From positions 1-64,000 of the forward strand of contig CAWGPD010000003.1 of the NCBI GenBank assembly GCA_963824385.1: a stretch of DNA of 64,000 bases. Reading direction: 5' to 3'. This document shows, one piece after another, positions 63,778 through 64,000 of this stretch (the first letter of the stretch is position 1; each line of letters starts with the position of its first letter). The stretch comes from an uncultured Nitrososphaerota archaeon (GTDB lineage Archaea; Thermoproteota; Nitrososphaeria; Nitrososphaerales; Nitrosopumilaceae). Position numbers and translations under genes: made by a program. The notes under the pieces are model-generated. The model was given only the letters and a program-made list of their open reading frames with translations, was not told the DNA's origin and did not search any database.

Positions 63778-64000
63778 TGCAATTCGTATTATTACAGGCT
63801 CTTTTCTTACCTTTGCTACTTTCTCCTGTAGCATATTACTTGGGGCGAAAATCAGGACCTAATGTTGCAGCCTGGTTTACTTTTGGATTATTATTGTATT
63901 GTACTGTACTAGTAATTGTTCCTGCACTTTCAGGAAGTTATGAGGAACACTACAAGTGGACTCAATTATTTGGTGAATTTGGACTGTTAATTGATGGTCT
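63777..64000 (+). CDS. Complex I antiporter-like subunit (probably NuoM), truncated by the window edge
   Basis: TAATG overlap with nuoK; MQFVLLQALFLPLLLSP...FGLLIDG. Confidence 0.8.
   Translation, partial: MQFVLLQALFLPLLLSPVAYYLGRKSGPNVAAWFTFGLLLYCTVLVIVPALSGSYEEHYKWTQLFGEFGLLIDG

Overview
A 64-kb, AT-rich, densely coding core-chromosome segment of an ammonia-oxidising archaeon (Nitrososphaerota/Thaumarchaeota, Nitrosopumilales or Nitrosotalea-like; taxon inferred from gene content and protein motifs). It carries amt/P-II, 3-hydroxypropionate/4-hydroxybutyrate carbon-fixation genes (4-HB-CoA ligase, 4-HB-CoA dehydratase, acetyl/propionyl-CoA carboxylase), the L7Ae-S28e-L24e-ndk-aIF5B operon, RFC/GINS/MCM/Hel308, sdhACDB, the start of the nuo operon, two tandem ferredoxins plus FNR, and seven tRNAs, one with a D-loop intron. 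A small surface-protein islet lies beside tRNA-Ala(CGC). No CRISPR, rRNA, transposase or integrase was seen. The strongest signal is that every clear frameshift in a conserved gene (8 firm, up to 3 more possible) is a single extra base in or next to the palindrome AGCT. This most likely reflects base-calling errors caused by genome-wide AGCT methylation rather than real pseudogenes. Other notable items are a hypothetical protein whose motif spacing matches a divergent isoprenyl-diphosphate/terpene synthase fold, a kink-turn over the L7Ae ribosome-binding site, and a cluster of zinc-ribbon proteins of unknown function.
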